From contig JANJGN010000022.1 of assembly GCA_026770705.1 (NCBI GenBank), forward strand, positions 56,978,001 through 57,042,000: DNA of 64,000 nt, written 5' to 3'. The stretch is from Isurus oxyrinchus (Eukaryota). Below are positions 50,176 through 63,497 of the stretch, piece after piece (position 1 is the stretch's first letter; the number at the start of each line of letters is the position of its first letter). The position numbers were made by a program, and so were the translations under genes. The notes beneath the pieces are model-generated. The model did no database searches. It had not been told where the DNA came from and was given only the letters and a program-made list of their open reading frames with translations.

Positions 50176-50999
50176 TGTCGACATGCAGTCATTCTACATT
50201 TATACTGAAGTCACCCAGCTTACCTCTTCACCATATATCACCCAACCCCTACACCCCCCAGGATGAGTTACAAGAGGAAGCCTGAAGTCATTAACTTCAG
50301 CCCCTGATGCACACCATCGATCCCATCCTATTCTTCACATGCAAGCCTTGACGATGAGGAGGAGAAAGGTGTATTGTTGTTAAATATGGGTGAATGCCAA
50401 TACCATGAGAACAAGAGAATAATATTGAAAATGAGAGTGATGGGAAATCTTTGATGATCACTCAATCTTTAATTGTAGAACAAAATTTTGGCACTTTTGA
50501 AAATCAAGGAGACTAATTTCAGTGGGATTTCTGATTGGTATGCTCAACTGTTGCACTGTGATCTGTAATAATACATAAGGCAGCTCTGTAATAACACACA
50601 ACACATTATTTAAACTATGTTTGCAATTTAAGTGCCTTGACAGTCCCTTTGAATCAATTTGGCAAGTTGCACAGAGCACCTCATCCCGATGGTCCAAGCA
50701 GGAACTTTCAAATCTATTTGTTTTAGGAAGACTGTCATTTCCTTGATCTGCTGACCACCCAAAGGTCAGAATCTTTTTGTACTTGAATCACCCATTACCT
50801 CCTAGCTGATGTTAAAAGATGCCCAGGAGTGTTCCCAGATAGATTTGTTTATAAAACAGTTAAAGATGGTTCCAATTTGCAGTCATATATAGGTATTTCT
50901 AACCAAAGCTTTTCTTTCCTAACTTTTCAAAATAATAATTAGAATTGGATCCGTAAATCCAGACATTGTAACCATTTATTACACTTGGAAACTCTCACC

Positions 51000-51208
51000 A
51001 AGCATTCCTTTTGGTTTGTGATTTGATGTAATCATCTTCAGTTCCCTGTCCAAAGCCTGGTGTGACCCACAGCACCATAACCTCCACCGTGGGTAGGGAA
51101 GCAAGTCCACCCAAATCTACCCCAGTCAGAATGGGGCTCAAACCCCAATGCTGTAGACACCAATCTGATTCATAACTGACCATCCAGCCAACTGAGCCAA
51201 CCAACCCG
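51000..51208 (-). mobile_element. tRNA-derived SINE, degenerate
   Basis: On the minus strand, tggctcagttgg (A box) and ggtttgagccc (B box). Confidence 0.5.
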
Positions 51209-51429
51209 GCTGAGGAGCCCGAGTTGCTGTGTCAACCTATGTTCTCACATGCACCTTGTAGCCTGGAGCTATGGATAGTGACCGGAGAGTCTCCAATTTC
51301 TTCTCATCACACGGCTGACCAGGAATCTCTCCCGCTCTGACATGTGTTGGAAGGACTTGATATGACCTAATGATTTAAAATGAACAACACTAAGAATACA
51401 AAAGCAAAATGCTGCAAATGCTGTGGATG

Positions 51430-51650
51430 AACAACAACTTGCATTTATTTAGAGTCTTTAATGTTGTCAAACATTCCAAGGCACTTCACAGGAGTGTTAA
51501 CAAACAAAAGGTGACACTGAGCCACACACTGCGATATTCAGACCAAAAGCTTGGTCCAAGAGATAGGTTTTAAGGAGTGTTTTACAGAAGGAAAGTAAGG
51601 TAGAGAGGCGGAGAGGTTTAGAAAACAAATTCCAGAGCTTAGGGTCTCCG
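51430..51650 (-). mobile_element. L2-type LINE 3' end
   Basis: aacaacttgcattt...ccaaggcacttcacagg...ggagaggtttag..ttccagagcttaggg. The tail resembles that of the Deu-SINEs. Confidence 0.6.
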
Positions 51651-52159
51651 TAGCGGAACGTCACTTTAAAATGTTAACTTTACAGATTCTCCTTTCTGAA
51701 GAGTTCATTAAGAGTTTTCTATTGATACCCAGTTACTTCGATGAATATTTCCATTGATACTCACCTCTGTCTACATAGATTTGAAGAGTGAACTTGCACG
51801 TATTTGTTTGAGGCCTTAAATCAATGTTGTTTTTTCAAATATATTACATGTTACATGCTTTCTCGTAAAAGTTTCACTTTTACATGTGGAACAATCTTGT
51901 GAATGATATAATTTGCATTGAAAATTGGAAGGAATGAGGGAATGAGTGAAGAAACAAAATTGAACAGTAAAAGGTTGTGAACTGCAGCAACAAACATGGA
52001 ATAAAATGTGCATCTCAGTGGCCTGTGCATGTATGGGGTCATTTTCTCCATTTGCATTCAAACATTGCCCCTAAACTCCCCCTACTGGCTGATAGTGGGA
52101 ATGAATTCCTGTTCTTTCTACGGTGTGGATCTTCCTGGCGAAGGAAGGGGTTGTCTGAT

Positions 52160-53726
52160 AAAAACAAAAAAAACTGCGGATGCTGGAAATCCAAAACAAA
52201 AACAGAATTACCTGGAAAAACTCAGCAGGTCCGGCAGCATCGGCGGAGAAGAAAAGAGTTGATGTTTCGAGTCCTCATGACCCTTCGACAGAACTTGAGT
52301 GAGTCCAAGAAAGGGGTGAAATATAAGCTGGTTTAAGGTGTGTTGGGGGGGGGGGTTGGGGGGGAGGTGGGGTTTGGGTGGGGGGAGAGAGAGAGAAGTG
52401 GAGGGGGGGTCTGGTTGTAGGGACAAACAAGCAGTGATAGAAGCAGATCATCAAAAGATGTCACAAACAACAGAACAAAAGAACACATAGGTGTTAAAGT
52501 TGGTGATATTATCTAAACGAATGTGCTAATTAAGAATGGATGGTAGGGCACTCAAGGTACAGCTCTAGTGGGGGTGGGGGGAGCATAAAAGATTTTAAAA
52601 TATTTAAAAATAATGGAAATAGGTGGGAAAAGAAAAATCTATATAATTTATTAGAAAAAAACAAAAGGAAGGGGGAAACAGAAAGTGGGTGGGGATGGAG
52701 GAGGGAGCTCACAACCTAAAGTTGTTGAATTCAATATTCAGTCCGGAAGGCTGTAAAGTGCCTAGTCGGAAGATGAGGTGTTGTTCCTCCAGTTTGCGTT
52801 GGGCTTCACTGGAACAATGCAGCAAGCCAAGGACAGACATGTGGGCAAGAGAGCAGGGTGGAGTGTTAAAATGGCAAGCGACAGGGAGGTTTGGGTTATT
52901 CTTGCGGACAGACCGCAGGTGTTCTGCAAAGCGGTCGCCCAGTTTACGTTTGGTCTCTCCAATGTAGAGGAGACCACACTGGGAGCAACAAATACTAAGT
53001 TGGGGGAAATGCAAGTGAAATGCTGCTTCACTTGAAAGGAGTGTTTGGGCCCTTGGACGGTGAGGAGAGAGGAAGTGAAGGGGCAGGTGTTGCATCTTTT
53101 GCGTGGGCATGGGGTGGTGCCATAGGAGGGGGTTGAGGAGAAGGGGGTGATGGAGGAGTGGACCAGGGTGACCTGGAGGGAACGATCCCTATGGAATGCC
53201 GATAGGGGGGGTGAAGGGAAGCTGTGTTTGGTGGTGGCATCATGCTGGAGTTGGCGGAAATGGCGGAGGATGATCCTTTGAATGCGGAGGCTGGTGGAGT
53301 GATAAGTGAGGACAAGGGGGACCCTATCATGTTTCTGGGAGGGAGGAGAAGGCGTGAGGGCGGATGCGTGGGAGATGGGCCGGACACGATTGAGGGCCCT
53401 GTCAACCACTGTGGGTGGAAAACCTCGGTTAAGGAAGAAGGAGGACATGTCAGAGGAATTGTTTTTGAAGGTAGCATCATCGGAACAGATGTGACGGAGG
53501 CGAAGGAACTGAGAGAATGGGATGGAGTCCTTACAGGAAGCGGGGTGTGAGGAGCTGTAGTCGAGGTAGCTGTGGGAGTCGGTGGGTTTGTAGTGGATAT
53601 TGGTGGACAGTCTATCACCAGAGATTGAGACAGAGAGGTCAAGGAAGGGAAGGGAAGTGTCAGAGATGGACCACGTGAAAATGATGGAGGGGTGGAGATT
53701 GGAAGCAAAATTAATAAATTAATAAA
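52160..53726 (-). mobile_element. Penelope-like retroelement, 5'-truncated (RT C-terminus, GIY-YIG endonuclease, HHR-bearing 3' end)
   Basis: CSQCGLLYIGETKRKLGDRFAEH...PVACHFN...RKLEEQHLIFRLGTLQPSGLNIEF and FLNRGFP..RVPLVLTYH. TSD TTGTCTGAT at 52151-52159 and 53727-53735. Confidence 0.95.
52257..52295 (-). ncRNA. Minimal hammerhead-like motif with variant core CUGUCGA
   Basis: AGUU-CUGUCGA-A-GGGUC/AUGAG/GACUC-GAAAC-AUC-AACU, with stem I formed by AGUU/AACU. Confidence 0.5.
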
Positions 53727-54069
53727 TTGTCTGATGTTGATGGACGTGACCCCTGGTGATCTTGTGGTATGCTTTTAACTGTTTGTGTATGTGGCCTTAG
53801 CTTCAGGTTTTGGAGATAGCTGTACTTCAGGCCTTGTGAAGTTACAATTCAAATATTACTTTCCTCTTATTTATTTTACGCTCCATCATCTTGTATCTTA
53901 TTTTTGGTTGATTTTTGATTTAACTCTTATGTTAGGTTCTTGAAGAAGAAGTGCTGGCTGATGCCAGGAATCCTTCTAAAACATAATGAACATCACTTGT
54001 GTGTTGCACAGAGAGCTATAAACTCTGATGAATGATAGCTCCCTTCGCTTCTTAACTAAGTTGCCCAAT

Positions 54070-54340
54070 ATCTCCAGTGGTGAAGTACTAGACTTCGAGC
54101 CAAAGGGTCACTGGTTCAAATCCTAGTCCCAATTGACGTTTGAACTCTCTTGACCTTGAGAGAGTTTTGTGAGCTCCCGCCTGGGTTGTTAGTGTAACAT
54201 TGAACAGAAGAGGACAATGTTATCTCGACAGCAGTGGAAATCCTGTCAGGACAAGTCACCGCTAACTATAGCACACGTCCATATAATCATGGAATAGGTG
54301 GTGCTGGGCCACCATAAGATAGTTTTAATGCCCAGACATT
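54070..54340 (+). mobile_element. tRNA-derived SINE, degenerate
   Basis: agtggtgaagtactagact...ggttcaaatcc (B box). Confidence 0.45.
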
Positions 54341-54869
54341 CCTACTCCCACAGCTAAAGGAGAACAAATCATTGGGTGGGAGGAGGGAATTCTTAAAAAA
54401 ATATCAATAGCATAATACATATGCATTTCAACCTTTAGTTTGCTTTATATTTTTCATTCAAATTTTATTCTAGTAGGATGATTTAAAGGGTTCATTAAAC
54501 TGTCAGTATACTTTTGTCAGCATTTTTACCCCCCACATTAAAGTAAGAGATGTCACTTCCATTTCGGGAGTGTCAGCATCAAACATTCCCAGGTCAGCCA
54601 CAGTGTGGTCAGATGCAGAAGTCAGCTTCTGTGCCTCTTCCCCAAAAATGTGGCCATCTCCAACCTCAAATCAGTGGCCCAGCCATCTCAGCCCTTTCAA
54701 TTCTGTAGTAGATCTTCCATTTCCGTAATTCAGTAAAACCACAGCACTGAATTGCACTAAAATGCTGATAGACACACAAGTGATTCAAAATGCAATTCAA
54801 TGATTATATATGGTGCAGAAAGAACTTTTTGACACAGCTAGGTTATACTCTATTTGAGTATTCAAGAGA

Positions 54870-55240
54870 TTTGAGATTGAGTACGGCCATCATGTCACCA
54901 ACCTCCTTACCTCCCTCACGCCTCACATTGTTGAGTGTCGCCTTCAAATCCATGCTTATCTTTCCCACAACTACCTGTTTGAATCTACAGTCATCAGATT
55001 TTCATCCTTCTCACAACACCGAAACAACTACTAACTAAATTTACTGTAGACAATCTCTGTGACTGTGATCATTATTATTCTGTTTGACCTCTCTGCAACC
55101 TTTGACATGGTCAGTTACACCATCCTCCACCAACATGTCTCCTCCTTTGTCCAGCCCAGAGACAGGGCCTAACTTGATTCAACTCTTAACCACCCAGCTC
55201 ACCGGCCTCCACTCCTCCTTAAAAGTCCACCTCTTTGACC
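54870..55240 (+). mobile_element. L2-type LINE fragments
   Basis: Motifs HNTETTT and FDLSATFDMV, then ctccttaaa...ctctttgaccaa. Confidence 0.55.
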
Positions 55241-55259
55241 AAGGAATAAAGAAATAAAG

Positions 55260-56270
55260 ACTTTGCATCTATGTAGAGCCTTCCCCATCTTCAGGGCAAG
55301 CCAAAGTTCTTCATACTCAAGGAAGTACCTTTGTTTGAAGTGTAGCCGATGTTATAATGTAAGAAACACAGTGAATAATTTGTGCATAGCAAGATCCCAC
55401 AAACAGCACTTCGGTACATAGGAGAGAATTTTCTCCCCCATCGGTTGGGGGGGGGTGGGGGGGGGGGTGTTGTGCGGGGCCAGGTGATGAGCCGATCGGC
55501 GCCCCTGATCAATTGGGCACTCCATTTTACATGGCGGGCTAATTAAGGCCCGCCAAGTGTGACACGCGCCTGGAAGCACTGAGCGCTCCCTGTGCAGGCG
55601 GGGGTGGGGGATGGCGGGGGTGGTTTCCTGAGTCGGGAATGGGCGAAAGAGTGCAGGAGTCTCCCTGATGCTCGGAGGTGCCTCAGGGAGATTAGTTTTC
55701 AGTTTAAACTGTCCAATAAAGTGCTGAAAAAATTTTTATGACATGTCCCCTCATGTGAAGCTGTCACATGAGCCGGGACATGTGCATTAGTTGCAATAAA
55801 AATTTTTCTGAAAATTTTAAATCATTCTTGAAACCTCATCCTGCCCGTGGATGAGGTTCCATGAAAAATGCGAAGGCCGCCTGGGCTCTCGGCCTGCCCG
55901 ACAACCTTAAGGTTGGACAGGCAGCTCAGCTGATTGCCCTAATTGCTTTTTAACAGGCCTTAGTAGGTCTTTAACAGTTCGATGGGCGAGCAGTCAAGTT
56001 GGCTGTGCACCCGCCAAACTGAAAGTCTAAATGACACGGGGCGACTTCGGGACACACACCCGACATCACCCTGCATCATTTTACGCCTCTGCGAGCGGAC
56101 CCTGCCGCAGATTCTACCCGTAATCAGTTGGTTGAGGAAGAATTTTAGCCAGGACACTGGAAGAGCTCCTATGCTTTTCGAATAGTGCCATGGGACTTTT
56201 TTTTATGTCCAAGAGGGGGCAGATGGGGCCTCATTTTAGTGTCTCATCTGAAAAACACCAGTTCTGATAG
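55260..56270 (-). mobile_element. Deu/SacSINE-like SINE split by a Harbinger MITE
   Basis: The SINE part ending gcaagatcccacaaacagc (55260-55410) resumes at ~56120 (ccaggacactgg...gaatagtgccatggga). Confidence 0.65.
55421..56119 (-). mobile_element. Non-autonomous Harbinger-type MITE, same family as 24172-24874
   Basis: Ends ggagagaatt / attctaccc. Colinear in reverse complement with 24172-24874. Confidence 0.75.
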
Positions 56271-57528
56271 GTTTAAAGCATGCACATGAACCATGTAGAA
56301 AATCCCCATTCTGAGCTCAATTAGCTCCCTCCCTCAACATCTCCAAAACCCCTCTCACTCACTACATATACCCCTAACAATCCTTTACTTTCACTGGCCT
56401 TTTCCAAAATATCCCCTTCCTCTCTCCCCATGTTTATTGTCAACCCATTGTCCAGTGCCCTGTGAAGGACCCAGAGATGCTGGTCTGTACATAAGGGGCA
56501 CAAGAGAATGAATATTGCTTAGCAGTGACTCTTGCTGAGTATGTAGAGGTTGGGTGAGTCCTAGGCCTAAGTTGTAGTGCTCTCTGTGGTCAAGTAGCTT
56601 TCACAAATACTGTCAGAATTCACAGATGAAGAATAGTCACTTGAATGAGATACCGGAGGATTGTATTTGTCTGCTGAATATTCCAACAGGAGTCACAAAA
56701 GTAAAGAAAGCAGGAGAACATCAGTGGGAAAAAACAACTTGATTTGAAACAAAACAAATATATTAAAAAGAAGGCAGCATTAATAGGAGGAATCGGGAAG
56801 ACCATTTACTATATTTTTGTATTGATTTGTTGCAACTCCTTTAAATAACCAGGAAATAGCCAAATATAAATTTTTCCATGATATTTGGCCAAAATGGATC
56901 CACTGTTCCTTTAACAAGCGGCACAGTAGCTACTTGAAATTCAAATAACTTGCTAAGAATTTAGGTCTTGAACAGGGATTAATGGCTGCTCAGTGTCCTG
57001 TCAAACTGCCGTCCAAAATCTGTGTGAGTACTTGATGCCCAATTAGTTTCACCCAATGAGGCAATGTAAATGATTCGAGATTACTGCAGTACTGCCTGAG
57101 CAATTTATCCTATAGTTTGTCTCACGTTTTAAACCATGGACACTAAGTGATAGATTTACAACCCACCTTATGTTTGCTGTCATTCTAATTGTGTATTCAA
57201 CTGTGTTTCTATTAGTTTCTGTTTTCTGACATAGTCCTGTGAGACAGAAGAAGGAGACCATGGGCAGGGTTGATATACAAATAATTCAGCCTGATGGTCT
57301 ATTTATATGGGAATTCAGAAATTTGGAAGGCAAAGTAAATATTACCAAATTATTACTTTGTTGGCATTGTGCTGGCAATGTTTCTTGCATTATATTTCAT
57401 TATTTAATTTAAAATGTTAATATTTTTACATCAGAAGTGCATTAATAGAGTGCTTTACGTAACCCCAGGTCATCTCAAAGTGATTTATAGCCAATGCAGT
57501 ACTTTCAAAGTGTAATGACCATTGTAAT

Positions 57529-58451
57529 TGTTACAACCCTTCCCCAGGCAATGTACCTAAATTTGTTGTGATCCCGGACGAGATGCCTCAAATTGTTAAC
57601 TTCCCGAAAGGGACCCCAATTTGGTTATGTTCCTGGGTGAGGAGGAATGAGCTGGCTCCCCTTCTTGACTCAACCCCCTTGGTTGGTCACAACAAGGTTA
57701 ATTTAAAAAAGGGATCCCTTCCTACGTGGATACCTTTTCCTAGTCCAAATGTATTTACGTTTTAGAAGGAGCCAACTTAATCAGACTTTCTTGAGTCAAA
57801 GAGAGGGTGAGCTTATTTGTTACTGAGAAAAAATAATAAAAAATGCAACACAGATACACACAGATTAGAAATGAGAAGTTGAGTCCAAAAATAAAAGTTA
57901 AAAAAGATCAACCTTTGAATTGTCTGTGAGGGGTAGATAGCAACACATTGCGCCGATTCCGGTAGAGCTGATTCTGGCAGTTGAGCAGTTGGTTTGAAGA
58001 CACTAGGCTGCAAGAGCTTTTCTATTTTCTTTGTGACTGTAGCTTTGCTGACTTGTAACTTGCCTCCAGCAACAGAGAAAGACCTTTTTACCAGCAAGCT
58101 GCAGGGATGCCTAGTTAATGTTCTTCAGCTGTGACCTTCACAGCACACACTAGCACTTCAGAGCTAGAACACCAGAACTAACACACACAGATCAAGCTTG
58201 AGACTGGCTTTTTAATGCTCTTCCTTGTGTATTCTTGGAAGGGAAAAATACAAATATGTCTTTCACCCAGAATCTGCCTTCTTTCAATTCTGACCATTTC
58301 CACATTCTGATATATTACTCAACAGGAGATAGTTCTTGCTGAGATGTGGTAATCAGTCAGCCAACTTTTGCTTGCAGGTCTTTTCTTTATAAGAACACAT
58401 GTCTTCCTTAAAAAAAGTCCAATATGCCTGTAAGTAATTCAGGGCTGTAAT
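57529..58451. mobile_element. Probable solo LTR (~920 bp) inserted in a Deu-SINE
   Basis: Inverted termini tgttacaaccct / agggctgtaat. SINE sequence stops at ~57528 and resumes at ~58453 (..aggaaacatgacagccaatttgcacacag). Confidence 0.55.
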
Positions 58452-60250
58452 CCACTGTCATGACATAATATAGGAAACATGACAGCCAATTTGCACACAG
58501 TAAGGTTTCACGAAAAAGTAACGTGATAAAGACTAGATAATCTTATTTTTAATATTATTACGTGTTGTATTTTATTGATCACTAATTTTGTGAGGTTTTG
58601 CCATTCACTAGGGAATTCCTGAAGAAAATGCTGTGTCAAAAAACACTTGCATTTCTTACTTCAGTTTTTAAACCCATGGGCCACCATCCCACATATCCAA
58701 ATGATTGCAACCATCATTCAGATTGTGCATTCTGACTGTTGCTTTGATACGAAGTGGGAACACACGGGATTACTGGAGACCTAGTACCACATTCCCTGAT
58801 TTCAACACTGAGTTGAGTGCTGACTGAAAAATATTTTATTATATTAATATATTGCCATCCCAATGGGCAGCTGCAATATACTCTCCAAATCATGAAAAGT
58901 GGATAAGGCACTGCACTGCCCAGGGACAAGGCAGAATTATCTATATTGCATAGGGAAATTGTTTGGATTTAAATAACTTCCGCTTCATTCTGTTCTCAAA
59001 TCCTGTGATTGTATAGCCTTGACAGGAGATGGGAGAAAGTCAACCAACCAGCTAAATAGCTTAGAATTTGCATATTTGGCCACTTGAGTAGTATCCCAAA
59101 TTAATTTGTTTGGATACTTTGAAAAAATAAGCATTCCAAGTGAAACTGCTGTTTTTCAGCATAATCTGAAAGTTGAAATAAATGAGCTACAATATCACAG
59201 ATATTGTTCATTTTGGGAAATGAATACAAAACAATTGTCTTCTCTAAAACAGTCAGTGGACAAGACAGAGCAGGAGAACTCCCCCATTCAGTAAACCATA
59301 TGGCATTACTTTTACTTGCATGTCATCGCACATGGATATAGATCGATTTCAGTATTCTCTGTGGGTAAAATATAAAAATCAAATCATTTTTCACCTCCTG
59401 TCCTCCCAAGACATTTTTGGCTCTTGCAATCTATTTTATGTCCCCCCTGTCAGGCTTGTGAAATGGTCCTTTTGTAGTCTAATATTTCTACAAACACTAC
59501 TCCAACTGTTAAAGTCTTCCAAACAGCAATTCAAGGAACTGGACAAGGAAATATCGGTGTATTTTGTGCACTTTATTACTCCAGCTTTTACTTTTGTTCA
59601 CTGCCTCCTCGAACCCTTGGGGTGCTGTGCTAGGATGTTTATAACATTTCTTTTAAAATTAAGCACCCGACGCAACATGTTTGACATAACTTAACTTCCT
59701 GAAATTTGCACAGATGGTAATGATAGTCCAGAGGAATGCAAAGGAAAGGAGATAGGAGGTGGGGACAGAGTTACAACTGAAGGATCCCGAGGAATACAGT
59801 TACATAGAATGAACTGCTCAGAAACAGGCTGTTCAGCCCAGATTGTCCATATTAGTGTTTATGCTTCATACAAGTCTCCTCCCTCACAGTTCATCTAACG
59901 CTATCAGCTTAACCCACTCTTTCATTCTTCCTCTGGTGCTTGTCTAGCTAATGAGAAAAAGTAGGTACTTTTTATTCCCCCAGATGGTGGCTCAATATTG
60001 TACGATAAAAACAAAATGTAGCTTGCAAGCCCTTTACACTCGGGGCAAAATGGGTTGTCATGGCCTCATCCAAAAAAGAGTTATATTTTACAAACCACAA
60101 AAGATTGAAACAGTAAAATCCCCGTGGACACAAATGAGCTATGTGACAACAGATTCAGGAGTAAAGTGTGGCGGGATTAGAGAATTGCCAAATGGTAACT
60201 GCAATTGTCTACATCAAATAAACCATCATTGTGTGTAACCAATACAGTTA

Positions 60251-60585
60251 CTCACCAAGGCTCCTTAGGCAGCACCTTCCAAACCCACGACTGCTACCAT
60301 CTAGTAGGACAAGGGCAGCAGACACTTGGAAACACCACCACCTGGAAGTTCCCCTACAAGCGACTCACCATCCTGACTTGGAAATATATCATCATTTTTT
60401 CACTGTCACTGGGTAAAAATCCTGGAATTCTCTCCCTAACAGCACTGTGTGTGTACCTACACCACATGGACTGCAGCGGTTCAAGAAGGCAGCTCACCAC
60501 CACCTTCTCAAGGGCAATTAAGGATGGACAATAAATGCTGGCCTAGCCAGCAATGCACACATCCCATGAGCTAATAATAAAAAAA
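60251..60585 (+). mobile_element. HER1-like LINE 3' end
   Basis: Colinear with 5670-5999. Confidence 0.88.
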
Positions 60586-60587
60586 GT

Positions 60588-61685
60588 GCCCTCTTGAATC
60601 CTCATTTGAACCTGCCCCCACCACACTTGCAGGCAGTGCATTGCAGACCCGAAACTTTCACTGTGTGAAAAGTTTTTTCTCACATCACATTTGTTTCTTT
60701 TGCAAATCACATTAAAACTGTGCCCTCTCGTTCTCGATCCTTTCACAAATGGGAACGGTTTCTCCCTATCTACTCTGTCCGGCTTCCTCATGATTTTGAA
60801 CACGTCTATCAAATCTCCTCTTAGTCTTCTCGTCTCCAAGGAGAACAGACCCAACTTCTCCAAACTATTTTCATAACTGAAACTTCTCATCCCTGGAACC
60901 ATTTTTGTAAACCTTTTCTGCACTCTCTCTAATGCGTTCACATCCTTCCTAAAGAGTGGTACCCAGAACTGTACACAATACTCCAGCTGAGGTCTAACTA
61001 GTCTTCTATACAAGTTTAGCATAACCTCCTTGCTCTTGTACTCTATAATCCCCATTAATAAAGCCTAGGATACTGTATGCTTTATTAACAGCTCTCTCCA
61101 CCTGTCCTGCCACCTTTAATGACTTATGCACATATACACTCAGGTCCCTCTGCTCCTGAACACCCTTTAGAATTGTACCCCTTAAATTATATTGTCTCCA
61201 TGTTCTTCCTACCAAAATGAATCACCTCACACTTCACTGCATGGAACTTCATCTGCCATCTATCTGCCCACTCCACCAACTTGTCTATGTCCTTTTGAAA
61301 TTCTACACTGTCATCCTTACAGTTTGCAATGCTTCCAAGTTTTGTATCATCCGCAAACTTTGAAATTGTCCCTTGCACACTAAGGTCTAGATCACTAATG
61401 TATATCAGGAAAAGCAGGATTCCCAATACTGACCCCTGGGGAACTCCACTACAAACCTTCCTCCAGCCTGAAAAATATCCATTAACCATTACTCACTATT
61501 TCCTATTAATCAGCCAATTTTGTATCCATGTTGCTACTGTCCCTTTTATTCCAAGAGCTATAATTTTTCTCACAAGTCCGTTGTGTTGGCATTGTGTTGA
61601 AATGCTTTTGGAAGCCCATATACACCACATCAGCAGCATTACTCTCATCAATCCTCTCTGTTAACTCTTCAAAAGCCTCCAACAA
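60588..61685 (-). mobile_element. CR1 LINE ORF2 fragment
   Basis: SGVPQGSVLG, ISKFADDTKLG, WQMKF..KCEVIHFG and LYRRLVRPQLEYCVQFW. Confidence 0.93.
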
Positions 61686-63497
61686 GCATCATTTAAGAAA
61701 CAATTGGATCCTATGTTGGAAGGACACTAAGATCTCTTTGGATGGTTGAACTAAGATTGGCCAGTTGGCTTTGCCCATGTGTAATTATCCTGATCTTAGA
61801 ATCTTTGAAAAATGTCCAGTAAGGGTGATAAGTAAAAAGGGTCAAATCAGGTGCAAATGATTTATTCACCTTTATTGCATTCTCCAAAGTGAAAGTAGTT
61901 CCAAGTTGTTCTAAGTACTTATGGAAATTCATGACAAATATTGTTAATCCAAAACTGACCATTATTCTCCCCAAAACTTTGTCTTTTATTTATAAATCAA
62001 ATGAAAATGACAGAAGGCAGGTAATTTATGAAGCTGTACTCCCCAGGCACCCATAATGAGAAAATGTAGCTCATATGTCTCCACAAATGACTTTCAGAGC
62101 CATCCTGTGTTCCCTGATTCCTCTTCAAAACGATGTTTGATTGATTTTATTGCTCCCACAAGACATGGGAGACTTAAGGAAGGTTACTCATACTGAATAA
62201 GCAAATCTGCAACCACAGTCTTAAGCGGAGGAACCAACAGTCTGCATTGAATGCAACAAGTAAAGGAATTGAATTGGGCTTTGTAACCTTCCCGAGAGTC
62301 CGCTTGTGGTTTAAAAGTGCGGCGCTGCATTACTGGAGAAGAATAAGGAGTGATATTGTGACAACTTAGAACAGTCCTGAGTTATTGCTGATATGAACAA
62401 GTGAATTTGGTAGCGTTTACAATAGCAGTGCACTGTGAGTCCTTTTTTAATTTCATTATGTTTGCAAAGTGCTAACAGTATGATCTTTATTATAAAACCT
62501 TATGCATGAAAATCACTTTGTTAAAGCCTTCAGAAATAGCATCATTGGAGCGATCATACCACACAATGGTGCAGTCCTGGTTGCTTTGTTTAACTCAAGA
62601 GGCATTGGCACGAATGCCAGAATTCCTGACACTACTGTTTTTAACTGCTTGATCTCAGATTAGCTAAAAAAAAAATGTTTTACAATTCCCTAAAGCAGCC
62701 ACAGAAAGGCTCCCACATCAAGTGTTTTATTTTCAGACTTTTATAGCATATTACCCACTAAAAGTTTTAACCAGATAACCTTATTAATGACTGGTTAAAA
62801 AACTGGAACTAATTCAGAGCCAAAAATGTGCCAAAAGTTACTGTGTACAATCCAAAGGTGATGCATTGCAGGCCTGCTGTACTGAACTATCTATCCACCT
62901 CTCCAATGAAGTGCAATAATACAGCAATACTCAAGTTGTGTACTACCAAACCACTATTTACAATAACTTGAGGGCCAGATAGATGGACTGTGTCACATGG
63001 TTAATTGAATTACTATATAAAGGAAATATAGTAACCAGTGATATAATCCACTCTGGTCCTCAGCAGTTTCTGAAACAATACATTTTACTAAGAGTAGCAC
63101 AAAAATAAACGTGGCCATTATATGGGCTACCTGTTCCGATAAATTTGGGCTTTGCTTTGAGAATCCAAAATTAGGTTCTATGGGATGTCTATAGAAAAAG
63201 ACATTCTGTCACCTGATCATCAACATTACATAATACAGAGCACCAAGCTAGCTGTTACTGTATGCATAAACTGTCAGGCAACATAGCTTAAACTCCCACC
63301 TCCCCTGCCTAAATCAATTGGAATAAGATGCATATTCAATTTTAAACCAAAAGATATTATAGACCAATGTATTTGCCCAAGTGTACACCATATTGCAAGG
63401 AAATAAAACACACTCATCATTGGACTATCAGGAATGAAAGTTGAGAAGAATCATAAATTTGACACTGGGGAACTGTGCGTGGAATTGGTTAGACTCA

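Noticed and set aside
59320-59694. 124-aa + strand ORF
   Set aside because: It has no domain motif or splice context and its composition resembles non-coding DNA.
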